The notes under the pieces: generated by a model | Told to the model about the DNA's origin: nothing | The model's input: the letters and a program-made list of their open reading frames with translations, nothing else | The model's database searches: none | Program-made: the position numbers and the translations under genes | NCBI GenBank assembly: GCA_964016885.1 | Contig: OZ024743.1 | Span: forward strand, 357,554,001-357,618,000 | Direction of reading: 5' to 3' | Length of the DNA stretch: 64,000 bases | Source of the DNA: Eledone cirrhosa | Lineage: Eukaryota | In this document: positions 27,068 through 40,520 of the stretch, in pieces | Numbering within the stretch: the first letter of the stretch is position 1 | Layout: every line of letters starts with the position of its first letter

Positions 27068-28033
27068 ATGATGAATAGCAACCACAAGTACACCAAAGCG
27101 GAGGGTGCCACCGGAAGTAACCATTACCATGGAAACTACTGTGAGGCCTTAGGAGGAAGCAACACACCAAACACTAAAAGCAAAAATAGAAGAAGAAATA
27201 ATACATTTTTCAACCCTCCTTTCAACCTAAATGTCTCCACCAACATACCTAGGGCTTTCTTCTCACTACTAGATAAAAACTTCCCTCTAGGACACAAGTA
27301 CCACAACCTCTTAAACAAAAACACCATTAAAATCTCATACTCCACGACGCCTAACTTAGCATACCACATAGCTAGCAGCAATAATAGTAAAATTAGTTCT
27401 TACTTCCAACAAACAAAATCGCAACGGGATGCAAACCCTCTAAATACCACTGTAGCAAGCAACAATAGCAACGGCAGTAACAATGGAAATAACACTAGTA
27501 TAAGTAATAACACCAGGGTTGTCAACCTGAACACCCAAAATCCTATACCCACCACACAGACTTCCGCATTGCATTATAACCAGCGGACTAACGCACAGAA
27601 TAATTGTAACTGTAGAGCTAATAGAACCTGCCCTTTAGATAAAAAATGCCTAACCAAGGATGTCATATACTCATGCACAGTCACGACTAATAACTCTTCA
27701 GAAACCTATGTAGGCTCCACTTCTAACTGCTTCAAAATTAGATATAACTCGCACATCCACTCGTTCAAAAAGCACAGCCTAGCCAACTCCACCTCACTTT
27801 CTAGCTACATTCACTATCTAAAATCTAAAAATAAACCATACACACTCAAATGGGAAGTGATAGCCAGCGCGACCTCGTACAAACCACCTAATAAATTCTG
27901 TAACCTCTGTATACTAGAGACACACAATATTATCTTCTCCAACCGTAACCTACTTAACAAAAAATCTGAGGTGTTTGCAACTTGCCAGCACCGCCTCAGA
28001 CATTCCTTCCAAAACTTTAAGCCCCATATATAG
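27068..28033 (+). CDS. Penelope-like protein: RT C-terminal extension, Asn-rich linker and GIY-YIG endonuclease; no RT core
   Basis: Open 321 aa; FFNPPF..FP..HK..KISYS; CNCR..CPL..CL; VIY..YVG..FKIRYNSH; CNLCILE; LLNKKSE..CQH. Confidence 0.8.
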   Translation: MMNSNHKYTKAEGATGSNHYHGNYCEALGGSNTPNTKSKNRRRNNTFFNPPFNLNVSTNIPRAFFSLLDKNFPLGHKYHNLLNKNTIKISYSTTPNLAYHIASSNNSKISSYFQQTKSQRDANPLNTTVASNNSNGSNNGNNTSISNNTRVVNLNTQNPIPTTQTSALHYNQRTNAQNNCNCRANRTCPLDKKCLTKDVIYSCTVTTNNSSETYVGSTSNCFKIRYNSHIHSFKKHSLANSTSLSSYIHYLKSKNKPYTLKWEVIASATSYKPPNKFCNLCILETHNIIFSNRNLLNKKSEVFATCQHRLRHSFQNFKPHI

Positions 28034-29476
28034 CAATGTCGGACTGGAACCTAACACCACATCTAGCATCAAACACCAGAGACACACCCTATACTACATA
28101 CCCAACACTAGCTGATCCATTATAACACAAACAACGACATCCCTCTGGAACCCTTCGCAGGAAAATACCCATTTATACCTCTACGGCAGGTGTGACAACA
28201 TCCACCCACCTGGACGGCACTACGCCGCTCTAAGGGTAATTTGAGCATCAATTGATCGGTTGGATGGTGTTGGGCAGAGGAAACACCTTCCTTAGACAGA
28301 TGTAAAATGATTTAATCGAGTAGCGCTGTTGACCAGTAGGACTAGGCCGCTGAGCGCAGTGAGTGAATGCAATGCAACTGCCGTGCGGGTTGTACGTATA
28401 TGGATGATCTGACGGTCAGAGAGGGGTCGCGAGGACTGCGACTTGACCTTTGGCCTGCTTGGGGATGATTATCTTTCGACATCCAATGTAGCAAGCGATG
28501 ACCCGGATCTTACCAGAGATCATTGGGTCCTGAAGCAATCCTGCAATCACCGCGCCTGGTCATATGAGCAGACTACAACCATAGAGATCATTAATTTAGA
28601 ATCCTCGCTCATCATCTATAATTTCCATTTGTAGCACCTTAAGATGGGTTAATCCACCCTAATAATAATATGATCACCTTCAGCATAATTTAGTTAAACT
28701 ACTCTATAGTTAGTACACTTTATGCTTTAAAAGTCTCTCTTGGAAGGTGCACCTCACCATAGAATTTAGGGTCTATATTGAGACACATTTTAATGGCTAG
28801 ATATAGAAACCCCAGAGTTACCTCCCCGCATGCATTAACTCCCCTTAGCCACACACACACTTCCGGTATTCAATGGCGTCTCTCGAAACGTAACAACCAC
28901 CTGTATCGAACTAAAGAGCACCAGACTACGATCTCTAACTGGATTGTCGTGGATTATGTGAAAGGCATATAATCGAAATATACACTCCCTTGACCATGAA
29001 AATACCGAAGTACATGAATTACTTGACATCCCTGCGCTGTGCATCTCCAATACTTATAACACTTTTAATGCTTGCACTATCTTTAATGCTTATAATATTT
29101 CTCCACACACAGACTATATCAATCATATAAAGACTTTGCCACCAGATCTACCAACCTAACACTCTTATTTACCTACCTAAGTGCCTCTACCACACATATC
29201 TCTCTGCCACACTATATAAACAAGACGCACATGCGTGCCACACATATAACATTTGCACTATATAACCACTTATCTTCATGTTGTACTTTAACCTATATCT
29301 TTGATTTTTTTGATTGTACCTATTAATATAAATGTAATCTCGAAGTGTGTACTGCCACTCTAAATTCTGTAATGAATGTTGACCCACAATGTTTGAATAT
29401 GTATCAATGTTTGAATATGTATTGGTATGTCTCTCGGCTGAAAAGGAGGTCATATAACTGTCCATGCATTAATAAA

Positions 29477-29527
29477 TTGCTCCGAAGAATCCAAACCTCG
29501 GTTTGGAGGAAACAGCTGTAAGCACAA
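29477..29527 (+). ncRNA. Type I hammerhead motif at the PLE 3' end (U4C variant)
   Basis: tgct CCGAAGA a-tccaaacc-tc-ggtttgga-g GAAAC agct GTA agca. Confidence 0.7.
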
Positions 29528-31430
29528 TAATGTTTTGAACAGTTCTTTGATTCATATATTTCATATATATATATATAATTATATATTCGTGTACAGATAT
29601 TTTTGCATCCACAATAACAAAATATAAACAAAAGTATTTATTTCGCGATAAAGTATTGATTTTCTTCGCACGGAAAAAACCCTGGTAATCTACGACGAAT
29701 TTTTTTTATAAGCACAAAATGTAGACACCATCCCAAGGCCGAGGTATTCTGTACTTCTCTGTACTGGTTCAGAAAGGAGGGATAAACATGCCAATCTATG
29801 TTTAGAATCCCGAGCAACGCCGGGCCATTCTGCTAGTCTTCACTAAAGCGTTCTGTCTTAAGAGTTGATCTGAGGTTTCTGCCAATCACCGCACATAATG
29901 AATTTACCAAACGGCTATTTCCCCGTGGTCGACTTCGGCACCAGTGGTTCAAAGCATGTCATTTCTTCTGCTTGTATTATTGTTTTATCATATTTACAGG
30001 TCATTAGTATTGGTGATCTGAAATAGCGATGTATATATGAATATACGTATAGTATATTTGATAATATACTGTATATTTATGAATTTAAAATTTTTCCTCA
30101 ACAGACAAAAAACGTTTTGACCCTTTTCATAAACAACATTGTATTTCCATAAACATACTGTACAACCTTCTTTGTCTAAAGAAGGTGACAACACGTCGTA
30201 TAGAAGAGAGTAGCTGTGTGATAGAAACGCAGACATTGATGTATCAACAGCCTTCCAGTTTACTAGCAGTGCTCCTTAACCTGTTGGTTAATGATGTTTG
30301 GAAATTTTCGATAAATATTAACCTGAAATTCATTTGAAAAGACTATACAGTTCATTTTCATTGATAGCAATAGAATTATGCTTATAGCTTCCACAAACCT
30401 ACTATAGAACGCATGAACATACATTCCACGGATAAAGCCCAGCCCATGGAAGGCAGGGGGTAACTAACAAAACTATACATGCTAGTTGCCTATTCTTGTC
30501 TTTCCTCGACTCAGGATTGTAGCCCTCTACACGTAATGAAATAGAGATAAAACTCATGTTCAGTAATCTGTACTGATGACTCAGCTTCCGAGAATGTCAG
30601 TGCAAGAGAAACGTGTTGATTCAGGCATGATGAAGATATTTTTGTAACGGGTTAAAGATATGCTCAATTGAACCACGCCAATATATTACTAGGGAATCTA
30701 TCTGGTCACTGGATCTGCTAGAATTAACAGCCAAATGTCTTTTAAATTATATCCTACCATCTTAAATATGGAAAGAACAACAATGACAGTGTCTTCTCGA
30801 TCAGGGTTGACCAATAACTAAACAATAAGAGCACCAAACTAAACATGTACATCTACTTGAAATATTTGTAGGTTTAGAGCAATCGTAATTTGCACGAATC
30901 CACGTCAAAAGAAGGGATATATAGAATATGTATGTTTATTTTAGCGTATGAACCATGATTTATTTTCCTCATGTCATTTCTCTTTATCAACCACACATGA
31001 ACAGCGGTGTTTCCATCTTTCAATTCTTTAACGACATTCTTCGAGATGAGTAGCTTGTTTATCTAAAACTGTAAATTGCTAATGAGGTTATTATAGCACC
31101 TGCGTTATATAATCCATGAAGGTATTAAAAATTGTAAATAAAACAAAACAAAAGAAAGAGAAAGGAAAATATCGAATTATCAATCAACCGATGCCTAATA
31201 TATTTTGATAAACTGACAGTAGCACTTGTTAGCTACAAGAAAACGTCAGTGAAATAACAGTTGTGTGAAACATTCAAATAATTTTATTTTTTCTAGTGAG
31301 GGGGAACAAAAAGAGGATTACTCACTCATATTCAAACTTTGAATGCAACATTTCTTCAGGCGGTTTATTCTTTCGCAATAAAATAATACAAACATCACAC
31401 ACACATATATATATAATACATATATATATA

Positions 31431-31580
31431 AATGACTTCACTGGCTGGTAGTCTTCAAGAGCTAAAATCTTTACAACGAGTCGTTATTGATATTAGGAGG
31501 ACTTTCCAGAACTAACATCAATAACGAGTCATAGTAAATCTTTGAAGCATTAAAGAATACCAGCCACCAGTGAAGTCATT
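31431..31580. repeat. Diverged fold-back next to (TA)n
   Basis: aatgacttcactggctggta...cgttattgat / atcaataacg...taccagccaccagtgaagtcatt. Confidence 0.75.
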
Positions 31581-31865
31581 CTTCTCTCTTTTCAAATATA
31601 TCTTACTGTACCAAGGAATTCCTTTTATTTTACACTATATATATATTTAAGAGTATTACAACACATTATCAATAAAATAGCATGGATAGTATACCCGTGT
31701 TACCATTATACCAGCGAGAATCCGGTTACTTCTTTCAGTTAATCTAAAGCTCATATTTTGAGGTAAAATCTTAGAATGTAAATAATGGAAGGTTTAAGGA
31801 GAATGGAGTAAGATTGAGTGAAAGTTTTGCATTTTGCAAAAACTACGAAAACGCATATTAACAAT

Positions 31866-32036
31866 AATTGTTTCTACTTTTGGCACAAGGCCAGCAATTA
31901 CCCCAGTGCTTTATTTTATCGACCCCGTAAAGAAGAAAGGCAATACTAACCTCGGCGGGATTTGAACTCTGAACGTAAAGGGCAATAACTGTGCTGCATA
32001 GTATGACGTTCTACCGATACTGCCAATCCACCGCCT
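31866..32036 (-). mobile_element. SINE family A
   Basis: Consensus match with small deletions. Confidence 0.9.
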
Positions 32037-32280
32037 TATCAACAATAATATTAACGAATATTAACAATAATATAACTGAATGAAATCGGAATACGTCAGT
32101 GTCATTGTACGATCCCCACTGGCGATCTGTTCATTTTCTTCCGTATCATGGGGTTATATCTCCAATTTTATTTAACTATATTATAGTTAATATGCATTGT
32201 AGTACCTTTGCAAAACCCAAAACATACAGTTAAATCTCAATCTTACTACACGCTCATCCAGCCTTTCATTGTCTAAATAT

Positions 32281-32457
32281 AATTGTTTCTACTTTTGGCT
32301 CAAGGCCAGCAAATATCCCAGTGTATTACTGGTACTTTATTTTATCGACCCCGTAAGGCTGAAAGGCAAAGTTAACATCGGCAAGATTTGAACTCAAAAT
32401 GGCAAGGCCCGTAACTCCATGCTTGGCGTCCGACCCTCTACCGATACTGCCAATCCA
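32281..32457 (-). mobile_element. SINE family A
   Basis: Consensus match. Confidence 0.9.
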
Positions 32458-32494
32458 AATATATATATATATATATATATACATATATACATAT

Positions 32495-32588
<94 letters not shown>

Positions 32589-33297
32589 AACAACATATAT
32601 ATACATATATAAACAAATATATTGCGAAACCTACATTCTAACACGCACATCACATGCTAGCACTAGCCGAATAATACCATGGGGGTGGTATTTCTGCTAA
32701 TGCGTTAATAAAGAAAAAACATATTCTGTTCATAATTGTAATTGTACAAATAAAGTGATCAGTTGGATATGGATGCAATTAAAGAATTTGAAGGAATCGA
32801 ACGATTTAACCTTTGGCAAATCGAATAAAGGGAAAGGAGAGGCCTCCAGTGATCAGCTGGAAAATTAGAAGGAACCAGATCGAGCACGAAGACATACATC
32901 AGGTAGTTTGTTGGTGCTACACCAATCACCCGGCTCATAATTCAACAACGAGTAAATGATTCAATAAGATGTTTAGAATGCTAATTGGTCAGCCGGACCC
33001 GCTTGCGTACAACACCAAATGATCGGAATTTAGAGCCAAGGGAAGACCAGCAGTGGATTTACAGATTCGTACACACGTTCCACACCTACAACATGATATT
33101 ACTACAGAAATCTGGCTTTGCTGCAGATAGCCAATTTCATCTCCTCGCCACATCTTCCCACTAGCAGCAACTGAGAAAAAAAACAAACTGAAGTAAGCCT
33201 AGAGAAGATGGAATATGAATAGCGGGAGTAGGGGAGAAAATACATACGATATAAACATATATACAAAACTGTATACACACACACACACACACACACA

Positions 33298-33401
<104 letters not shown>

Positions 33402-33646
33402 AAGCACTCGCCCATGACCGCTAGAGACGGAGGTAGTTGGTGCAGCGTTCGACACTGCAGTGTCCCAACGACCCCAAAAAAGAGTTAAGGGACCATGATA
33501 ATGATATGTATGTATATATATATACATATACATATACATATACATATAAATGAAAATCGGGGTTAAAAACTCGCGTTAATAGCTTGTAATTAATAAGGTC
33601 AAAGTATAAAAACTGGGCTCTTTGTAATATAATATATATATAGAAA

Positions 33647-33841
33647 TAAATACACAAAGATGTGTCTTTTGAATTACATGGGTTGAAAACCACTTTGGTG
33701 CAATGCATCTATGAAGAAACGGAAAATAGATAATAACCGGGGAAATGGATTAAAATGTACTAACCTTTTCAATAACTATTAAACTCCTGGACAAACTACA
33801 GTGGTTTTCAATCCAGTAATTCAAAACACACTTCTTTGTGT

Positions 33842-33846
<5 letters not shown>
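33647..33846. repeat. Diverged ~47-bp inverted repeat (33647-33694 / 33800-33846) abutting (TA)n
   Basis: acacaaagatgtgtcttttgaattac..ggttgaaaaccact versus agtggttttcaatcc.gtaattcaaaacacacttctttgtgt. Confidence 0.8.
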
Positions 33847-33894
<48 letters not shown>

Positions 33895-34045
33895 CGAAAC
33901 ATAAGTCAATTGCATGAACTCATAATCCTTTATTTACTGCTATATACGATGATAGCCATTGAATGGCTATGACTTCATCAGGTAGTTAGTCAGTTCTAAG
34001 ATATGCCAGCTCTATGTTTTTGGTATTGATGGTTTCAGAGCCTTG

Positions 34046-34124
<79 letters not shown>

Positions 34125-34125
<1 letters not shown>

Positions 34126-34609
34126 AGATAAATCTACCAAAATGTACGGTAGTGTCCAATCCGTATGAAGAACTCAATGTAATCCGAATATCATGAAAAG
34201 AGAAGATGTATTCAAAAACTTTTTTCCGATGAAAAATACAGGAAAACAGAGTCAACATAAATTAATAAAAATAATGAATAAAAACAAAGAAACAGTTCCT
34301 TATATTAAAAAAAATCATCATTTTACGATCGTTTCTAGGATATATATGTTTGTGTTGGTATGTAAAATTTTTACAAACTATCAGAGGGAATATACATACC
34401 TACACATATATATGCTGTCTTCAGAAATAATGATTATTTCTGAAAACAGCATATATATGTATATTTCCTCTGATAGTTTGTAAAAATTTTACATAGATCT
34501 ATATGGTATACATACCAACACACACATATATATTCTAGAAACGATCGTAAAATGATGAATATTTTAATATAAGGAACTGTTTCTTTGTTTTTATTCATTA
34601 TTTTTATTA

Positions 34610-34613
<4 letters not shown>
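34125..34613 (-). mobile_element. Fold-back PLE end (arms ~34258-34430 / 34433-34613) with long-stem-II HHR at 34315-34433(-)
   Basis: Same family as 55538-55862; tail at 34125-34257. Confidence 0.85.
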
Positions 34614-34653
<40 letters not shown>

Positions 34654-34675
34654 AATATATATATATATATATATA

Positions 34676-34743
<68 letters not shown>

Positions 34744-34744
<1 letters not shown>

Positions 34745-35527
34745 TAGCAGAATGGCCCGGCGTTGCTCGGGATTTGCTATAGGGTTCTTATATATTTGAT
34801 ATATATTTATCCTTATCGAACCTCGTGAAATAAATACGTTTGTTTATATTTTGTTATTGTGTATGCAAAAATATCTGTCCATAAATATATAATTATATAT
34901 ATATATTAAAATAACAGACTAAAGTTTAAGCAAAGAATCACTGCTTTCACCCTTTACGGGATATTCTACCTAAAAGCAGTATGAAGTACATACACTAAGA
35001 CTAATTGATGTAATCTTTGGCCTTGTTTGTTTATATTTTGTTTTTGTGTATGCAAAAATATCTGTACACGAATATCTGTATTAAAATAACATATTAATGC
35101 TTAAGCAAAAAATCTCTGCTTTCAACCTTAACGGGATCTTCTGAAACTAAAAAAAATCAATCTGGAAAACAGGAAGACGATACTTTGGTTCGTGAAGACG
35201 TTCCCTGGCATAAGAATATATATACACACACACACACTGATCGCGTCATAATGATGTAATGCAGACAGTCAGGCATACAGACAGATATTATGAAGGCGCG
35301 ACGACATATCTATGTATCTATCTAAAAAGAGAAAGACTAAGAGAAAGAGAAAGAGATCACTAAATCGCCTAATGCGGTCCCTAGGGCATTGAAAATTTGA
35401 AATTTTTGTTCAAAACACTTCCGGGGTCATACGAGTTACATGGATAAAGTTTGAAAAAAATCGGTTGGGTACTTCTCGAGATTTAGGGAAACAGACACAC
35501 AGACATCCTCTGTTTTATATATATAGA
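34744..35527 (-). mobile_element. Non-autonomous Helitron
   Basis: Minus strand begins TCtatatatataaaacagagg and ends cccgagcaacgccgggccattctgCTAG; inserted between A and T. Confidence 0.85.
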
Positions 35528-35538
35528 TTATATATATA

Positions 35539-35576
<38 letters not shown>

Positions 35577-35601
35577 TATATATAATATATAATATATATA
35601 T

Positions 35602-35917
<316 letters not shown>

Positions 35918-36287
35918 AACTGCAAAATGTAATGCATGAAAAATTGTAAAACATTATTTTTTGTAATATATCAAATCAAAATTACATTATTAAATTTTAT
36001 TCTTATTTTGTTTCTTGTAAATAATTCTTTTCAAAATATCAATTCAAAACTTTTGTGAATAGGCATCATATCTTGTCATTTACCTATGGTTTAAATTTCA
36101 TATAAATCGAAGGGAGAACATTTTCAGCGGGGGTCTATGGTTAAAATGAAATATACCTATCCAAGTACCCTGGGCAACGTAGTTTCAGAATATATATATG
36201 GTTATGGGGAGTCTATCTCCAAAACCATACGAGGAGTTTGTGAACAAACAAACAGACAAACAGACAAACAAACAGACAAGAACTACA

Positions 36288-36346
<59 letters not shown>

Positions 36347-37271
36347 GATATTAAATAAATGGAAACTATATTTATAAAACCATATTTATTTCATTATATA
36401 TATTTCAGGGATATCATATTAACAATATGCTATGCCTTCCTCAGACAAAATACAATATAGACAGTTTTATAGATAAATAGATTTGACATACCGTTCAACA
36501 TCGACTTGTATTTGAAAAGTTGATTTGGCAGTGAAAAAAATTGTAAACAGAAAGAAAGAAAGAGAGAAAAAAGGAAAGAAAGAAAAGAAAGAAAGAAAAC
36601 GAAGAAAAAGAAGAAAAAGAAGAAATGCATGGAACGAAATAGAGAGATGGAAAGATAGATAAAGAGAAGAACTTCATGTAAAGAAACAGAGAGAGATATA
36701 TATAGAGAGAGGAGATAGATAGAGATAGATATATAGAGAAAAGTAGGTGGTTGGACATCCGTTGAATAAACGTATCAATGATACATTTATTTATTTATTT
36801 ATTTATTTAGCTCTAGTATTAATGTAAGGGAGATATATGTGGTTAGGAGAGAAACCAGCTGTTATATAGAGAGAAAAATGAAAAGTAACCAGACATAGGC
36901 GAGGCATAAAAAACCTATGTTTTAATGTAGAAGTATTAGTATGTATAAAAACCAGGCACTATAATGTAAATATCAGTATTCCTGAATGAGACACGTATCC
37001 ATAATGTGTGAAAAGTAATGATCTTATGTTTAGTTTTTAAAATTCATATGTTTATATGATAACTACAAACATCGATGTGAATTTACGTGATCAACTCTGC
37101 AAACCCCAATTTTCCACGGAGAACATTCTCATTGTGCTATAAAAATTTAAGTATACATATATGTGTATATATATACACATATATATAGAGTCTATATTAC
37201 TACTAATCTTGTCTTTACTCTACGTGATTATCTATCAAGCAGAAATAGAGAACAGATTTCAATATATTAAT

Positions 37272-37595
37272 TTTAAAAAAAAATCGACGGAATTTAAACT
37301 TCGCTATAATAACCACAAGAATTCTTTCACAGATCCAAGCAAAAAATCTTCAACAGCACTATCAGGCGTACTCTGGCAACTTAAGCTAGATAACGTTAGA
37401 TATTCGACGGCTTGGAATATAGTCTCAAGAGGGATTCCTTTTAATTCATCCTCTGAGACATGTGACCTCTGCGCAGAGGAGATATTCTTTATACTAAAAT
37501 CTAAAAATTCCCTTAATCTACGGACAAATTTATTCAGTTGCTGCAAACATAGATTAAACTCAACTTTTAAATATAAATTTAAATTTAAAATGTAG
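37272..37595 (+). pseudogene. C-terminal half of a PLE GIY-YIG endonuclease
   Basis: STEFKLRYNNHKNSF..STALS..W..CDLCAEE..NLRTNLFSCCKHR; the N-terminus of ORF 37161 comes from the inverted arm. Confidence 0.85.
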
Positions 37596-38929
37596 TATAT
37601 TTAGTTTGATTTATAATTATTTGGGAAACTAGCCGATAAATCTTTCGATTTCTTCTTTTTATTCTTCTTTTTCTTTTTATTTTTATTTAAACATTCTTCA
37701 TGAAAAATTAAACTACCTTAAAAATTGATGCTCCAAATATTTCGAATAAACGTTACACTAGATAAACTTCTATATTAAATATAAGAACACATGTAGACTA
37801 AATGGGCATCCTAAACTTTTTGAAATGATTTTTGCTAGACGCGATTTGATAAATAATTTTTAGCTTTATCTGTTTTCGACTCTGATGCTTATAATGAACT
37901 TGGCAATATATTGTCAATTAATTTTGAAGGGTTGATCTTTGTGGTTTGTTTTTATTATTGTAGTATTTTCTAATATTTTTATTTTTAATATGTAATATTT
38001 TTAATATGTAATATTTTTTCGTAATATTTTTTAGTTTTCTATTTTATTATTATTTATTATTATTATTATTATTATTATTTTTTGGGGGGTTTTTGTTTCT
38101 GATATTTTTTATTAATATATTGAAATCTGTTCTCTATTTCTGCTTGATAGATAATCACGTAGAGTAAAGACAAGATTAGTAGTAATATAGACTCTATATA
38201 TATGTGTATATATATACACATATATGTATACTTAAATTTTTATAGCACAATGAGAATGTTCTCCGTGGAAAATTGGGGTTTGCAGAGTTGATCACGTAAA
38301 TTCACATCGATGTTTGTAGTTATCATATAAACATATGAATTTTAAAAACTAAACATAAGATCATTACTTTTCACACATTATGGATACGTGTCTCATTCAG
38401 GAATACTGATATTTACATTATAGTGCCTGGTTTTTATACATACTAATACTTCTACATTAAAACATAGGTTTTTTATGCCTCGCCTATGTCTGGTTACTTT
38501 TCATTTTTCTCTCTATATAACAGCTGGTTTCTCTCCTAACCACATATATCTCCCTTACATTAATACTAGAGCTAAATAAATAAATAAATAAATAAATGTA
38601 TCATTGATACGTTTATTCAACGGATGTCCAACCACCTACTTTTCTCTATATATCTATCTCTATCTATCTCCTCTCTCTATATATATCTCTCTCTGTTTCT
38701 TTACATGAAGTTCTTCTCTTTATCTATCTTTCCATCTCTCTATTTCGTTCCATGCATTTCTTCTTTTTCTTCTTTTTCTTCGTTTTCTTTCTTTCTTTTC
38801 TTTCTTTCCTTTTTTCTCTCTTTCTTTCTTTCTGTTTACAATTTTTTTCACTGCCAAATCAACTTTTCAAATACAAGTCGATGTTGAACGGTATGTCAAA
38901 TCTATTTATCTATAAAACTGTCTATATTG

Positions 38930-38995
38930 TATTTTGTCTGAGGAAGGCATAGCATATTGTTAATATGATATCCCTGAAATATATATAATGAAATA
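38930..38995 (+). ncRNA. Type I hammerhead ribozyme (mirror copy at 36387-36452, minus strand)
   Basis: tattttgt CTGAGGA agg-c-ata-g-catatt-gtt-aatatg-a-tat-c-cct GAAA tatataTA atgaaata. Confidence 0.75.
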
Positions 38996-39179
38996 AATAT
39001 GGTTTTATAAATATAGTTTCCATTTATTTAATATCGTAAATATACTCCAAATACTTGTCGAGTGCTTTTATATCAGTTATAAATATTTACTAGTTGTAAC
39101 CCAACAATTTAAATATAACTTTCCATGTATATATATATATATGTATGTAAAAGGTAAACAGAAATAACAACACAATCGG

Positions 39180-40075
39180 TACAGTATATGGAAGGAATAT
39201 ATTAGGTTAACACTTGAAATAGCAGGAAGAGGGTCTTAACGTTTCGATGAAGGGATGGGTGGCGTGGAATTGGAAAAAATGTGTTTAGAGAAAAATAACA
39301 GGTCCATTCATGCTGTAATCACTTGGAAAACTGTTGATGCTGGCGTTTTGTGTCTGATATACTTTTTTAGAAAAGTGGATGTTAGAACGCATCTACCTGA
39401 AATGGAAAAAAGGCCGTTTTGTATAAAGTACGCGTGCGTATGCGCGGGCGCGTTAGTGTTATTATACGTGTGTACGAAGCTAAGAGGATATGTGTGTGTA
39501 TATGTAAGTAAAAAGATATGTGTGTATATGTAAGTAAAAAGATGTGTGTGTTCTTGTAAGTACGAAGTTATAAGCAAAAGTATGTTAATATAAGAGTATG
39601 TATGTGTGTATACAGAGATGTGAAGGGAAAAATGAGTGTGCGTATTTTGTTGGTCTGTATTAGCTGTAAGAGTATATGTTTCTGACTATAAGAGAGCCAT
39701 GGGAATCTAGGGGTGAATGTGCAAGCGCGTGTGTGATAACAGACGGGGTATTAAATAAATTGGGGAGGGGAGTTGAGTCCATGAGGGAAAGAGGACACAT
39801 GGCGGTAAATCAGACTCTGTTCAGTCCTGGTGCGCGAGGCCTGTGATCTGTGATGTAAAAGGACACCCAGGACGAGACATATAGGGAAGAGTGACTTAGG
39901 GGAACGGAAATGACGGGCGACGGGAGTATCCAAACCGAGTCGTATGTCCCTCAAATGTTCAGCAAAACGGTCCGTCAGACGGCGTCCCGTTTGTCCGATG
40001 TATAAGGATCCGCAAAAGGCATAGCCAACGTGGTTGAAGGTTCAGGTGAAAGAGTGGCGGTTACGGATGAACTCT
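39180..40075 (-). mobile_element. 3' part of a second PLE lineage (Neptune/Poseidon-like GIY-YIG)
   Basis: Minus strand YIGQTGRRLTDRFAEHLRDIRLGLDTPVARHF...EQSLIY....PHGLN; downstream gaaacgtta at ~39236-39244. Confidence 0.8.
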
Positions 40076-40280
40076 TGGGGGCCTGTGAGATATATATATA
40101 TATATAGGAACGAGTAGGACCCCGACGGCTGAGCTCAAACCGTTTCGACGTCCAGAATTAACCGTCCTACTCGTTCCTATTACCCACTCTACTACCCTAA
40201 GTATTGAATGCGTTATTGGTGCGTTATGGTCCATCTGGTTCCTTACCACATTTCCTTCGTATATATATATATATATATAT

Positions 40281-40412
40281 AATTGTTTCTACTACTGGCG
40301 CAAGGCCAGCAATTATCCCAGTGCATTACTGGTACTTTATTTTATCGACCCCCGTAAGGATGAAAGGCAAAGTTAACCTCGGCGTGATTTGAACTCAGAA
40401 TGGCAAGGGCCG
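40281..40412 (-). mobile_element. SINE family A, 5'-truncated
   Basis: Consensus match. Confidence 0.9.
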
Positions 40413-40475
<63 letters not shown>

Positions 40476-40520
40476 CATATATACATATATATAGACATAT
40501 ATATATATACATATATATAT

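Larger units (their letters stand above)
26923..29565 (+). mobile_element. RT-less (5'-truncated or non-autonomous) Penelope-like element in a (TA)n tract
   Basis: Bounded by TA runs; contains GIY-YIG ORF and 3' HHR; empty site visible in the Helitron paralog at ~43381. Confidence 0.85.
26417..29836 (+). mobile_element. Non-autonomous Helitron split by a nested PLE insertion
   Basis: 5' TC (tctatatacttaaaacagag); 3' hairpin cccgagcaacgccggg plus CTAG; homologous to 34744-35527(-) and 43190-43445. Confidence 0.85.
36344..39125 (+). mobile_element. Penelope-like insertion with 928-bp inverted arms (36344-37271 / 38111-39038) around a GIY-YIG remnant
   Basis: Mirror coordinates all sum to 75382; mirrored ORFs 36430/38752 and 36495/38624 translate identically; HHR in both arms; ~90-nt unduplicated tail; TA flanks. 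Confidence 0.92.

Noticed and set aside
37272-37595. DNA transposon with long TIRs encoding a transposase
   Set aside because: The enclosed coding remnant is a PLE GIY-YIG, the repeats are asymmetric (unduplicated tail) and contain HHRs; this fits an inverted pseudo-LTR
36430-38952. Duplicated hydrophobic ORF pairs (36430/38752, 36495/38624) as membrane-protein genes
   Set aside because: They arise from the pyrimidine-rich 3' UTR duplicated in the inverted arms
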